Assembly (NCBI GenBank): GCA_963813155.1 | Contig: CAWEYG010000002.1 | Coordinates: 288,001 to 352,000 of the forward strand | Source of the DNA: an uncultured Acidobacteriota bacterium | GTDB taxonomy: Bacteria; Acidobacteriota; Thermoanaerobaculia; UBA5066; DATFVB01 | Direction of reading: 5' to 3' | Length of the DNA stretch: 64,000 nt | Shown: positions 43,151 to 52,630 of the stretch, in pieces | Numbering within the stretch: the first letter of the stretch is position 1 | How the letters are laid out: each line of letters begins with the position of its first letter | Made by a program: the position numbers and the translations under genes | Notes under the pieces: generated by a model | Told to the model about the DNA's origin: nothing | Databases searched by the model: none | The model's input: only the letters and a program-made list of their open reading frames with translations

Positions 43151-44104
43151 CTATCTCGGTGAACCCTCCAAAGTGCGCTCGAACCGGATTCGCCGATTCT
43201 TCACATCGAGCGTGACCACGAAATCGCGGAGAACCTCATATCCGAGATTGGCGATCGAGGAGTCGGCGCCCGATCGCACATCCGCAAACGACACCTCGGG
43301 CATATCGAGCCTGAACTGACCGAGCTCGATCCGCCCCTTGACCTTCGCATGCAGGATCGGGGACTCGCCCATATAGGTCTTCGCCGTTCCCGCCTCCTTC
43401 GGCTCGGAATCGAGGGGAACCTCCTGGATCAACTTCGAGGGAAGCACCAGGCCATGGCCTGATCCCGTGTCGAGGTGGGCGCGAATCTCTCGGCCGGCCA
43501 CACGGATCGGAACCGTCGGCAGAGGAGAGTCCTCCGGATAATCGAAGACTCTTCGGGAATCGGAGCGCGCGAGCTCTCCCTTCCGAATCCGAATGAGCTT
43601 TCGGGGATAGTCGAAGGTCAGCAGGTAGCCGGGAAAGCTGGAACCCGACAGGACGCCGGGCGGCATGTTCTCGCCCTTCAACGGGCTGCCCGAGGAGGCG
43701 GCCGCCGTCAAACCCCGAATCACGATTTGTCCGATGCGCAGCTCCGCGATGGAGAGAATGGCGTGTGCGGGCCCTCCGGCCGGGGACATCCCCACAATAT
43801 CCGTCGCCTCCGGCAGGGCGAGCGCTTCCTGCAACCGAGAGTCGATCACGGTCAGCGTGGCGCCCGTGTCGACGATGAAACGAAACGGCCCCTTTCCGTT
43901 GATTTGGACGCTCACGACGGGTCTCCCGCCGAAATCGTCCATGGGGAGAGAGATTCCCTCCGCGGGCACCTCGATGCTTTTCGGGGCCGGAACCGGGCCC
44001 GGGTGGTGCTGGGCATCGCCGCGCCTGGCTTGAGCCAGGAATCCGACGACCGCCACGACAACGATCGAGACCGAAACTCGTTTGACTCCGAGACTCGTCT
44101 TCAT
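43151..44104 (-). CDS. Exported retropepsin-like aspartyl protease with two domains
   Basis: FIVDTGA and AHLDTGS catalytic motifs; NLGYEVLRDF; signal peptide. Confidence 0.88.
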   Translation of the reverse strand: MKTSLGVKRVSVSIVVVAVVGFLAQARRGDAQHHPGPVPAPKSIEVPAEGISLPMDDFGGRPVVSVQINGKGPFRFIVDTGATLTVIDSRLQEALALPEATDIVGMSPAGGPAHAILSIAELRIGQIVIRGLTAAASSGSPLKGENMPPGVLSGSSFPGYLLTFDYPRKLIRIRKGELARSDSRRVFDYPEDSPLPTVPIRVAGREIRAHLDTGSGHGLVLPSKLIQEVPLDSEPKEAGTAKTYMGESPILHAKVKGRIELGQFRLDMPEVSFADVRSGADSSIANLGYEVLRDFVVTLDVKNRRIRFERTLEGSPR

Positions 44105-44155
44105 CGACAGGACCCTCCTTCACTCCCATCGAAGATAGGAGGACGGTTCGAATGC

Positions 44156-44200
44156 CGCTATCAAGTCCCTGCAACCCGCCGCTGCAAGAAGGTGACAGCG
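44156..44200. promoter_or_regulatory. Two divergent copies of a shared 19-bp promoter motif
   Basis: Plus strand 44182-44200 CTGCAAGAAGGTGACAGCG; minus strand 44174-44156 TTGCAGGGACTTGATAGCG; each lies 18-19 nt before a -10-like hexamer. Confidence 0.7.
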
Positions 44201-44247
44201 CGCCCCCGCGCGCCGAGAGTACAAAAGCGGCCGTAAGGAGACTACCG

Positions 44248-45780
44248 ATGAGAAAACTCCTCGCTTTCGTTGTCGTTCTCTTCTGTACTTGGCCCCTCGC
44301 GCACGCGGCGCCCGCATCGCCCGATCCGATCGAAGGAAAGTGGTACGGCGAGGCGGGATTTCCCACGGATCGGATCGCCGTCGGGTTCGAATTCAAACGC
44401 AATGAGAAGGGCGAGCTGAAGGCCTTCCTCTACGAGCCGGTCAATAATTTCTATGGCCTCGAGCTTCCGGGAGTCGTCGACCGGAAGGACGACTCCTACA
44501 CGATCAGCTCCTACGACACGACCCTCACGCTCCACGGCGATGCGCTCGAGGGAACCTATCTCCCGTCGAAGGCCCCCGCGACGCTCCACCGCACCAGGAT
44601 CCTGCCGTCGGATGCGCCGGTGCCGGCCCTCCCGCCGGGACCCGGCCCGAAATGGCGGGCAAAACTCGGGGCGGGAGAGATCTTCGCGCCCGCCGCTGTT
44701 CGCGACGGGATCGCGTACGTCGGCTCCACCAATGGGACTTTCAACGCGATCCGCGAGAGCGACGGCACCTTTGTCTGGATTTTCGCGGCGGGCCGACCGA
44801 TATTCGGGGGAGCCCTGGCGACCGAAGGCCACGTCTTCTTCGTGTGCGACAACGGGTATCTGTTCAAGCTCGACAAGAAGACCGGAAAGGAGTTGTGGCG
44901 GTACGACCTCGGCGACGAGCGCTCGCCCCGAATCCTCTCGCATCAGGTCATCGACACCGTCGAGCCGCGGATCGGCGAATTCGACTGGGAAAACTCTTCG
45001 CCGACGCCGCGGCTCGCCGACGGCGTCCTGTACGTCGGCTCGGGCGACGGAAGCTTCCACGCGGTGGACGCCGAGACCGGGAAACGCGTGTGGCGCTTCG
45101 AGGCGCCCGAGAACGGAAAGCCGCCGGAGTCGCTGCCGTGGGACCCCGAGGGTTCGAACAAGATTCGGACGGACGCGCTCCTCGACGGTCCGCGCGTCGT
45201 CTTCGGAAGCTTCGGCCACAAGCTCCGGGCGCTCGATCGGAAGACCGGCGCGGAGATCTGGCAGAAGGACCTGCGCGCCGAGATCTCGAGCTCCCCGGCG
45301 CTCGTCGACGGCAAGATCGTCGTCGGCAGCCGGGGCGGCGTCCTCTACGCTTTCGAGCCCGAGACGGGGAAGAAGATCTGGGGCATGCTCTTCTGGGGCT
45401 CGGCGATCGAGTCGACGGCAGTGAGCGCCGGGGGAAGCCTGTTCGCGATCGGCGCGTCCGACCTGCGGCGGGTCAGCCTCATCGACGCCAAGGACACCCG
45501 CGTTCTCTGGCGGACCGACGTCTTCGGCCTGCCCTGGCCGCGCCCCGCCGTCTCGGGCGGACGCGTCTTCGCGAGCGCCGTCGGCTACGCGCCGTACCAG
45601 ATGCGGCATCTGGGAAGCTTTACCGCGCTCGATGCCGGGACCGGCCGGATCCTGTGGCGGTGGCCCGCGCCCGTCACCGACGCCCTGGTCAACGGATTCG
45701 GGGCCCCGCCTGTCGTGGACGGCGATCTCGTGATCGTCGGCGGAATGGACGGAACCCTCTACGCATTTCCCGCGGCGTGA
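44248..45780 (+). CDS. Exported PQQ-like (BamB-type) beta-propeller protein
   Basis: AAGGAG RBS, signal peptide, repeated A.D..TGK..W tryptophan-docking motifs. Confidence 0.88.
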   Translation: MRKLLAFVVVLFCTWPLAHAAPASPDPIEGKWYGEAGFPTDRIAVGFEFKRNEKGELKAFLYEPVNNFYGLELPGVVDRKDDSYTISSYDTTLTLHGDALEGTYLPSKAPATLHRTRILPSDAPVPALPPGPGPKWRAKLGAGEIFAPAAVRDGIAYVGSTNGTFNAIRESDGTFVWIFAAGRPIFGGALATEGHVFFVCDNGYLFKLDKKTGKELWRYDLGDERSPRILSHQVIDTVEPRIGEFDWENSSPTPRLADGVLYVGSGDGSFHAVDAETGKRVWRFEAPENGKPPESLPWDPEGSNKIRTDALLDGPRVVFGSFGHKLRALDRKTGAEIWQKDLRAEISSSPALVDGKIVVGSRGGVLYAFEPETGKKIWGMLFWGSAIESTAVSAGGSLFAIGASDLRRVSLIDAKDTRVLWRTDVFGLPWPRPAVSGGRVFASAVGYAPYQMRHLGSFTALDAGTGRILWRWPAPVTDALVNGFGAPPVVDGDLVIVGGMDGTLYAFPAA

Positions 45781-45884
45781 ATCGCACAGAGCGTTGCCGA
45801 TCGGCGAGTGGAGCGATGTCGAAACCGCGTTCGAAATGTTCTAGACCGGCGGCGCGCGGGCGCCGACACTTCGCCCGTGACCGC

Positions 45885-48143
45885 GTGAAAGGATTCTTCG
45901 GGCTCGGGCTCCTGGCTGTGGCGGCGTCGCTCGGCGCTCAGACCACCCCGCCGGCGGACGAACCGCCGATCGCGATCCACCGCGCTCCCGGTCCCATCAC
46001 GATCGACGGCGATCTCTCCGACCCGGGCTGGAAAGACGCGGCGCGCGTCGACACGTTCTGGGAGACACGGCCGGGCGACCAGATCGCGCCGAAGGTCCGG
46101 ACCGTCGGATACCTGACCTTCGACGACCGCGCGCTCTATGTCGCGATCGAATGCGAGGATCCGGAGCCGACAAAAATTCGCGCGCCCTACGTCGACCGCG
46201 ACAACATTTCCGACGACACCGATTACGCGGGAATCCTCCTCGACACCCGGCACGACCGCCGCACGGCAATCGAGTTCTACGCGAACCCGCGGGGCGTCCA
46301 GTACGACGCGCTCACCGACGATTCCTCCGGAACCGAAGACCCGTCGATCGACCTCTTCTGGGATTCCGCCGGCCGCATCAACGACCACGGCTGGACTCTG
46401 GAGATCCGCATTCCCTTTTCGACTCTTCGCTACGACCGAAGCCAGAATCCGGTCTGGGGAATCCAGTTCTACCGGAATTTGACGCGCGAGACGCACTACC
46501 AGTATTTTTCCAACCGCCTTCCCCGCAGTTCGAACTGTTTCATTTGCCACGAGCGCGATCTCGTTGGCCTCGAAGGGCTCCCGTCGGCGGACCACCTCGT
46601 CGTGGCCCCTTACGTTACCGCTACAGAGGAAGGGCGACGCGTGGACGGCAATGACGTCTCCTCCCGGTTCGTCAATCACCCCGTGCGTGGAAACGCGGGC
46701 CTCGACGTCAAGTGGCTCCCCAACGCCAACACCGCGATTGATGGAACGCTCAATCCCGATTTTTCCCAGGTGGAATCGGACGTCGCGCAAATCTCGGTGA
46801 ACAACCGGTTCGCCCTCTTCTATCCGGAGAAGCGGCCCTTCTTCCTCGAAGGCCTCGACCTCTTCTCGACGCCCATTCAAGCCGTCTACACCCGCACGAT
46901 CACGTCGCCGCGCTGGGGGCTCCGGGGAACGGGGAAAATCGACTCGACGAACTACACCCTTCTCGTCACCGAGGACCGCGGCGGCGGTAGCGTGGTCGTC
47001 CCGGGATCACAATCCTCGACGTTCGTCGATCAGGATTTTTCCTCGATCGCGGCGATCGGGCGCGTCCGGCAGGACTTCGGTCGATCGTACGTGAGCTTCC
47101 TCGCGACGGACCGCGAGGTCGAGGGAACCGGCTACAACCGCGTCTTCGGCCCCGATTTCCTGTGGGCGCCCAATGACGGGGATCGGGTGAAGGGCCAATT
47201 CCTCTACTCCCTCTCGCAGACCCCGAACCACCCCGAGCTCTTTTCCGGCTGGACGGGAGAGCACGTGAACGGGCATGCAGCGTACGCGAGTTGGGACCAC
47301 TCGAAACAAAGTTACGAGTGGTGGGTCGACTTCCGCGACCTCTCCGACGGCTTCCGCGCCGACAACGGCTTCGTGCCGCAGGTCGGCTACCGGGAGATCA
47401 GTCCGGGAGCGTTATTGAGATTCAACCCTGCGGCCGGATTCTTCACGCGCCTGACGCCGCTTCTCCTCGAAGACTACACGGCCGACACTTCGGGCAAGAC
47501 CCTGCGTCAGAGGATCTCTCCTGGCATCAACTTCGAGGGGCACCAGAGCCTCCAAGGGGAGATCGACTACCTGTTTTCGACGGAACGGGTCGGCAGCAAG
47601 CTGATCAAGAAGGATTTCGCCTCGATCTCCGTTCAACTCGCTCCGTCCCGCGTGTTCGGACAGGTTTCCGTAATCGGGGAATTGGGCGACCAGATCGACT
47701 ACGCCAACGCGAGGCCGGGCACCGGCGGAAATCTGACCCTCTCCGCCCGATTTCAGCCGCTGGATCACCTGGAACTGCGGTTGAACGAAGCTGTATCGTG
47801 GTTGAACGTCGACGACGAAAACGGGAGCCGGCGGCGGCTTTTCACGGCGGCGGTCCACCGCCTGAAAGCGACTTACAACTTCACGAACCGGACGTTTGTC
47901 CGGGCAATCCTTCAGTACGTGACGGAGGATCGCAACCCGGCTCTTTACACCGAACCGCCGGCGACCCGAAAGGACACCGCCTTCTCGCGCTCACTGCTCT
48001 TCGCCTACAAGCTCAACTGGCAGAGCGTTCTGTTCCTCGGCTACGGAGACAACCAGGCTTTGGACGAACACTACGATCTCACGAGGCGTGACCGGCAGCT
48101 TTTTCTCAAGATCTCGTACGCGTTCCAGGGACTGCGAGGATAA
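45885..48143 (+). CDS. CBM9-like domain plus outer-membrane beta-barrel (DUF5916-like)
   Basis: ITIDGDLSDPGW, WTLEIRIPFSTLRY, LNPDFSQVESD, YPEKRPFFLE, C-terminal LKISYAF. Confidence 0.85.
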   Translation: MKGFFGLGLLAVAASLGAQTTPPADEPPIAIHRAPGPITIDGDLSDPGWKDAARVDTFWETRPGDQIAPKVRTVGYLTFDDRALYVAIECEDPEPTKIRAPYVDRDNISDDTDYAGILLDTRHDRRTAIEFYANPRGVQYDALTDDSSGTEDPSIDLFWDSAGRINDHGWTLEIRIPFSTLRYDRSQNPVWGIQFYRNLTRETHYQYFSNRLPRSSNCFICHERDLVGLEGLPSADHLVVAPYVTATEEGRRVDGNDVSSRFVNHPVRGNAGLDVKWLPNANTAIDGTLNPDFSQVESDVAQISVNNRFALFYPEKRPFFLEGLDLFSTPIQAVYTRTITSPRWGLRGTGKIDSTNYTLLVTEDRGGGSVVVPGSQSSTFVDQDFSSIAAIGRVRQDFGRSYVSFLATDREVEGTGYNRVFGPDFLWAPNDGDRVKGQFLYSLSQTPNHPELFSGWTGEHVNGHAAYASWDHSKQSYEWWVDFRDLSDGFRADNGFVPQVGYREISPGALLRFNPAAGFFTRLTPLLLEDYTADTSGKTLRQRISPGINFEGHQSLQGEIDYLFSTERVGSKLIKKDFASISVQLAPSRVFGQVSVIGELGDQIDYANARPGTGGNLTLSARFQPLDHLELRLNEAVSWLNVDDENGSRRRLFTAAVHRLKATYNFTNRTFVRAILQYVTEDRNPALYTEPPATRKDTAFSRSLLFAYKLNWQSVLFLGYGDNQALDEHYDLTRRDRQLFLKISYAFQGLRG

Positions 48144-48163
48144 GGAGGAAGCCGGGGTTCTCC

Positions 48164-48182
48164 CTGCAAGAAACTGACAGCG
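48164..48182 (+). promoter_or_regulatory. Shared 19-bp promoter motif
   Basis: CTGCAAGAAACTGACAGCG, 19 nt, GATAAT, 6 nt, ATG. Confidence 0.75.
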
Positions 48183-48213
48183 GCCGTCTCGGCCGGCCCC
48201 CGATAATCCGGCC

Positions 48214-50391
48214 ATGAACATTCATTCGAGCCGAAGTCTCTCGCGGATTCTTGCCGTCCTTTCGCTGGCCGGCGCCAGTTCACTGTTCGCCACCCCGGCG
48301 CAGGACAATCCAGCCCGCGAGAATCCCTTCTTCCAGCCGAGCCCGTTGCAGTACCAGGCGCCCGAGTTCGACAAGATCCAGGACGCCGACTACGCGCCCG
48401 CGATCGAGGAAGGGATGAAGCGACAGCTCGCCGAGATCGATGCGATCGCAAACGACCCGGCGCCCGCGACGTTCGAGAACACTCTCGTCGCGATGGAGAA
48501 GTCGGGCCAGCTCCTGGACCGCGTCTCGAAGGTCTTTTTCAACCTGGCGCAGTCGAACACCGACGAAGCGATGCAGAAAATCCGCGCAGACGAAGCGCCG
48601 AAGCTTGCCGCCCACCAGGACTCGATCTACTTGAACCCGAAGCTCTGGGCGCGCGTGAAGTCCCTATGGGACCGCCGTGCGGATCTCGGACTCGACGCCG
48701 AGAGCCGCTACCTGCTCGAGCGGTACCGCAAGAACTTCCTGCGCGCGGGGGCCGAGCTTCCCGCCGACTCGCAGGCGAAGCTTCGCGCGCTGAACGAGGA
48801 GGAAGCGAAGCTCAAGGCCCGTTTCGCGGAGCTCCTGCTTTCCGGGACCAACGCCGCGAGCGTCGTGATTTCCGACCGCCGCGAGCTCGCCGGCCTGACC
48901 GACGCCGAGATCGCCGCCGCGGCGGCGCGCGCCCGGGAGAAGAAGCTCGACGGGAAATGGATGCTCGACCTGCAGAACACGACTCAGCAGCCCGTGCTCG
49001 CGTCCCTGACGAACCGGGCGCTCCGGCAACGGATCCTCCGAGCCTCCGAGCACCGCTCCGACGACGGCGGACCCAACGACACGCGGGCGACGGCTGCGCG
49101 CCTCGCGCAGCTCCGAGCAGCGCGGGCGAAGCTCCTCGGGTTCGCGACGCACGCCGACTACGTCCTCGACGACCAGATGGCCAAGACGCCGGACCACGCC
49201 AGAAAGCTCCTGACCGATATGGTCCCCGCGGCCACCGCGAGAGCCCGGCGCGAGGCGGCCCGGCTCCAGAAGATGATCGGCGCCGGGAAGGGCGGCTTCA
49301 AGCTGGAGGCCGCCGATTGGGAGCTCTACGCCGGCCGCGTTCAGCGCGCCGACTACCAGATCGACGAAAAGGTTTTGAAGCCTTACTTTTCCCTCGACCG
49401 CGTCCTCCAGGACGGCGTCTTCTACGCAGCCAACCGACTCTACGGACTGACATTCCGAGAGCGCAAGGACCTGCCGTTGTACCACCCGGACGTTCGGGTC
49501 TTCGAGGTGTTCGACGCCGACGGCAAGTCGCTCGCGCTCTACTACGGCGACTACTTCCAGCGTCCGAACAAAGGCGGCGGGGCATGGAACGCCGCGTTCG
49601 TCGACCAGAGCTCGCTCTTCGGGACGCATCCGGTCGTCGTCAACGTTCTGAACTTCCCGAAACCGGCGGAAGGAACCCCGGGGCTCCTGGCGTTCGACAA
49701 CGTGACGGTCCTCTTCCACGAGTTCGGCCACGCCCTGCACGCGATGTTTTCGGACATCCGGTACCCCACGCTCTCCTCGACGCCCAACGACTGGGGCGAG
49801 ATGCCGTCGCAGTTCAACGAGCACTGGGCCCTCGACCCGGACGTCCTCGCGCACTACGCCCGGCACGTCGAGACCGGCGCGCCGCTCCCGAACGCGCTCG
49901 CCGAGAAAATCCGCCGTGCGAAGACGTTCAATCAGGGCTACATGACGACGGAGTACCTCGCCGCGGCGCTCCTCGACCTCGCCTGGCACACGCTTCCGGC
50001 GGACGCCCCTCTCCAGAATGTGGACTCCTTCGAGAAATCGGCTCTCTCGCGATTCCACCTCGATTTGCCGGAAGTCCCGCCGCGGTACCGCACGAGCTAT
50101 TTCTCCCACATCTGGGACGCAGAGTACTCGGCGGACTACTACGCGTACCTCTGGAGCGAGGTGATCGACGACGACGCATTCGCGTGGTTCAAAGAGCACG
50201 GCGGACTGACTCGAGAGAACGGCAAGCGCTTCCGGGACATGTTGCTCTCCCGGGAAGGCACGGCCGACGTCGCCGACCTCTACCGCGCCTTCCGGGGGCG
50301 CGATCCCGTCGTCCAGCCTCTCCTCGAAGAGCGCGGCCTCGTCGGAGAGGCTCCCGCGCGCGTTTCGAAGCCACCAGGGATCAAGCGTTGA
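48214..50391 (+). CDS. M3 family peptidyl-dipeptidase (Dcp-like), exported
   Basis: LFHEFGHALH zinc motif, EMPSQFNEHW, YYAYLWSEV; signal peptide. Confidence 0.93.
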   Translation: MNIHSSRSLSRILAVLSLAGASSLFATPAQDNPARENPFFQPSPLQYQAPEFDKIQDADYAPAIEEGMKRQLAEIDAIANDPAPATFENTLVAMEKSGQLLDRVSKVFFNLAQSNTDEAMQKIRADEAPKLAAHQDSIYLNPKLWARVKSLWDRRADLGLDAESRYLLERYRKNFLRAGAELPADSQAKLRALNEEEAKLKARFAELLLSGTNAASVVISDRRELAGLTDAEIAAAAARAREKKLDGKWMLDLQNTTQQPVLASLTNRALRQRILRASEHRSDDGGPNDTRATAARLAQLRAARAKLLGFATHADYVLDDQMAKTPDHARKLLTDMVPAATARARREAARLQKMIGAGKGGFKLEAADWELYAGRVQRADYQIDEKVLKPYFSLDRVLQDGVFYAANRLYGLTFRERKDLPLYHPDVRVFEVFDADGKSLALYYGDYFQRPNKGGGAWNAAFVDQSSLFGTHPVVVNVLNFPKPAEGTPGLLAFDNVTVLFHEFGHALHAMFSDIRYPTLSSTPNDWGEMPSQFNEHWALDPDVLAHYARHVETGAPLPNALAEKIRRAKTFNQGYMTTEYLAAALLDLAWHTLPADAPLQNVDSFEKSALSRFHLDLPEVPPRYRTSYFSHIWDAEYSADYYAYLWSEVIDDDAFAWFKEHGGLTRENGKRFRDMLLSREGTADVADLYRAFRGRDPVVQPLLEERGLVGEAPARVSKPPGIKR

Positions 50392-50424
50392 ACACCCGAT
50401 TCGTTTCCGGCGCGATGTTCACCC

Positions 50425-50443
50425 CTGCAAGAACCTGACAGCG
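50425..50443 (+). promoter_or_regulatory. Shared 19-bp promoter motif
   Basis: CTGCAAGAACCTGACAGCG, 18 nt, AATAAT, 6 nt, ATG. Confidence 0.75.
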
Positions 50444-50473
50444 CGGTCTCGCGCGACCCCGAATAATCGCGCC

Positions 50474-52594
50474 ATGAAAATCAAGCCGACGACCTTTCTG
50501 ACGATCTGCCTGCTCGCTCTCGCGCCGTTCGCGCCCGGTGCCTCGAACCGGCGCCCGATCACGGAGTCCGACCTCCTCAAGCTCCGCTGGATCGCCGACC
50601 CGCAGATTTCCCCGGACGGGCGGCAGGTCGCGTACGTTCTCGTGACCGTGAACGAAAAAGACGACGGGTACGACACGTCCCTCTGGACGGTCGCCGCGGC
50701 GGAGGGAGCCGTCCCCCGACCCCTGACTTCCGGCCCGCGGGATTCCGCTCCGCGCTGGTCGCCCGATTCCGGAACGCTAGCGTTTCTTCGCACCGCGGAA
50801 AAGGCGCCGCCGCAGATCTATCTCCTTTCGATGTCCGGCGGCGAGGCGCGCAAACTCACCGACATCCCGAAGGGCGCGTCGGCGCCCGCCTGGTCCCCGG
50901 ATGGGAAGGCGATCGCGTTCACCAGCTCGACGACGGCCGATGACGTCGCCGAGAAAAAATCCCCCCCGGAGCCGGGAAAGAAGAAGAAAAGCGACGTGCA
51001 CGTCGTCACGCAGGCGTTTTACCGGTTGAACGGACTCGGCATTTTCGATCCCTCCGACCACGACCACATCTGGACGGTCGCCGTCGAGACGGGCGGCGAG
51101 CGCCCCGCCGCGGCGAAACCGATCACCTCGGGAAAGTACGACGAAGGCCCCCCCGTGTGGAGCCCGGACGGCGCGAAGATCTACTTCGTCTCCGACCGGG
51201 TGGACGAGTCGTACTACAAGCCCGCCGACGGCAACGTGTACGCCGTCCCCGCGGGCGGGGGCAAAATGGAAACCGTCGTCGACATCGACGGCCCGATCTC
51301 CGACGTGTTCCCCTCTCCGGATGGCCGCCGATGCGCCTTCCACGGCTGGATCAATCCGCCGGCGGCCCGCTCTTACGACAAGGTCGACCTCTTCGTCGCC
51401 GAAAACGGAAAGGCCCGGAACGTGACCGCCGACTTCGACGGCGATTTCACGAACTTCATCGGGTACGACACGCATCCCCCGCGGGGCGGCGGAGACGCGG
51501 AGGCGATCGTGTGGGCCGCGGACGGGTCCTCGTTTCTGGCCGTCGCCACCGAACGGGGAGCCTCGAATCTCGTTCGCATCGACGCGGCGACGGGAAAGCG
51601 CGAAAAGCTGACGACCGGCGAGCACGAGATCGTCGCGTTCAGCGCCACGCCCGACGCCTCCCGGATCGCCCTGACGATCGACGACGGGGCCCACCCGGGC
51701 GAGCTGCACGTCCTCGACATGGCGACCCGGCGACTCGTGCGGCTCACCCGCGAGAACGACCCTCTTCTCGAGACGCTCGACATCTCGATCCCGGAAAAGA
51801 TCGTCTACCCGAGTTTCGACGGCGCGAAAATCGAAGCGTGGGTCGTGAAACCGCCGTCTTTCGATCCGAAGAAGAAGTATCCGCTCATCCTGAACATCCA
51901 CGGCGGCCCGCACATCGAGTACGGCGAAACCTTCTTCCACGAACTTCAGTGGATGGCGGCGAAAGGCTACGTCGTCCTCGCGCCGAACCCGCGGGGCAGC
52001 GCGTCGTACGGCCAGGAGTTCGGAAATTCGGTTCAGTACAAATTTCCGGGCGACGACTACAAGGACCTGATGGCGGGTGTCGACGAGCTCGTGCGCCGCG
52101 GATACATCGACGAAAAGAAGCTCGGGATCACCGGCGGAAGCGGAGGCGGTATCCTGACGAGCTGGGCGATTACGCAGACAAACCGTTTCGCCGCGGCGGT
52201 TTCGCAGCGGTCGATCGGCGATTGGGCTGGCTACTGGTACAGCCTGGATGTTCCGATCTTCAACAAATCGTGGTTTCGGAAGTATCCCTTCGAGGACCCG
52301 GAAGAATACAGCCGGCGTTCTCCCGTGACGTACGTCGAAAAAATCACCACGCCGCTCCTTCTGATCGAGGGCGAAAACGACCTGCGCGCACCGACCAATT
52401 CGGGCGGCGGTGCGATGTTCCGCGCGCTGAAGGCTCTGCACAAGACCACCGCGATGGTGATCTTTCCCGGCGAGACCCACGAGCTCTCGCGCTCGGGAAA
52501 GCCTTCCCACCGCGTCGAGCGCCTGCGGCACATGCTGAACTGGTTCGACAAGTATCTTCAGGGCAAGCCGGTCACGGATTACGACGTTCCCTGA
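50474..52594 (+). CDS. S9 family peptidase (acylaminoacyl/dipeptidyl peptidase), exported
   Basis: WSPDG propeller repeats, IHGGP, GGSGGG nucleophile, GENDLR, ETHEL. Confidence 0.93.
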   Translation: MKIKPTTFLTICLLALAPFAPGASNRRPITESDLLKLRWIADPQISPDGRQVAYVLVTVNEKDDGYDTSLWTVAAAEGAVPRPLTSGPRDSAPRWSPDSGTLAFLRTAEKAPPQIYLLSMSGGEARKLTDIPKGASAPAWSPDGKAIAFTSSTTADDVAEKKSPPEPGKKKKSDVHVVTQAFYRLNGLGIFDPSDHDHIWTVAVETGGERPAAAKPITSGKYDEGPPVWSPDGAKIYFVSDRVDESYYKPADGNVYAVPAGGGKMETVVDIDGPISDVFPSPDGRRCAFHGWINPPAARSYDKVDLFVAENGKARNVTADFDGDFTNFIGYDTHPPRGGGDAEAIVWAADGSSFLAVATERGASNLVRIDAATGKREKLTTGEHEIVAFSATPDASRIALTIDDGAHPGELHVLDMATRRLVRLTRENDPLLETLDISIPEKIVYPSFDGAKIEAWVVKPPSFDPKKKYPLILNIHGGPHIEYGETFFHELQWMAAKGYVVLAPNPRGSASYGQEFGNSVQYKFPGDDYKDLMAGVDELVRRGYIDEKKLGITGGSGGGILTSWAITQTNRFAAAVSQRSIGDWAGYWYSLDVPIFNKSWFRKYPFEDPEEYSRRSPVTYVEKITTPLLLIEGENDLRAPTNSGGGAMFRALKALHKTTAMVIFPGETHELSRSGKPSHRVERLRHMLNWFDKYLQGKPVTDYDVP

Positions 52595-52630
52595 GCGGCG
52601 CGTAAATCCTTCACTCGCAGGGGGGACGGC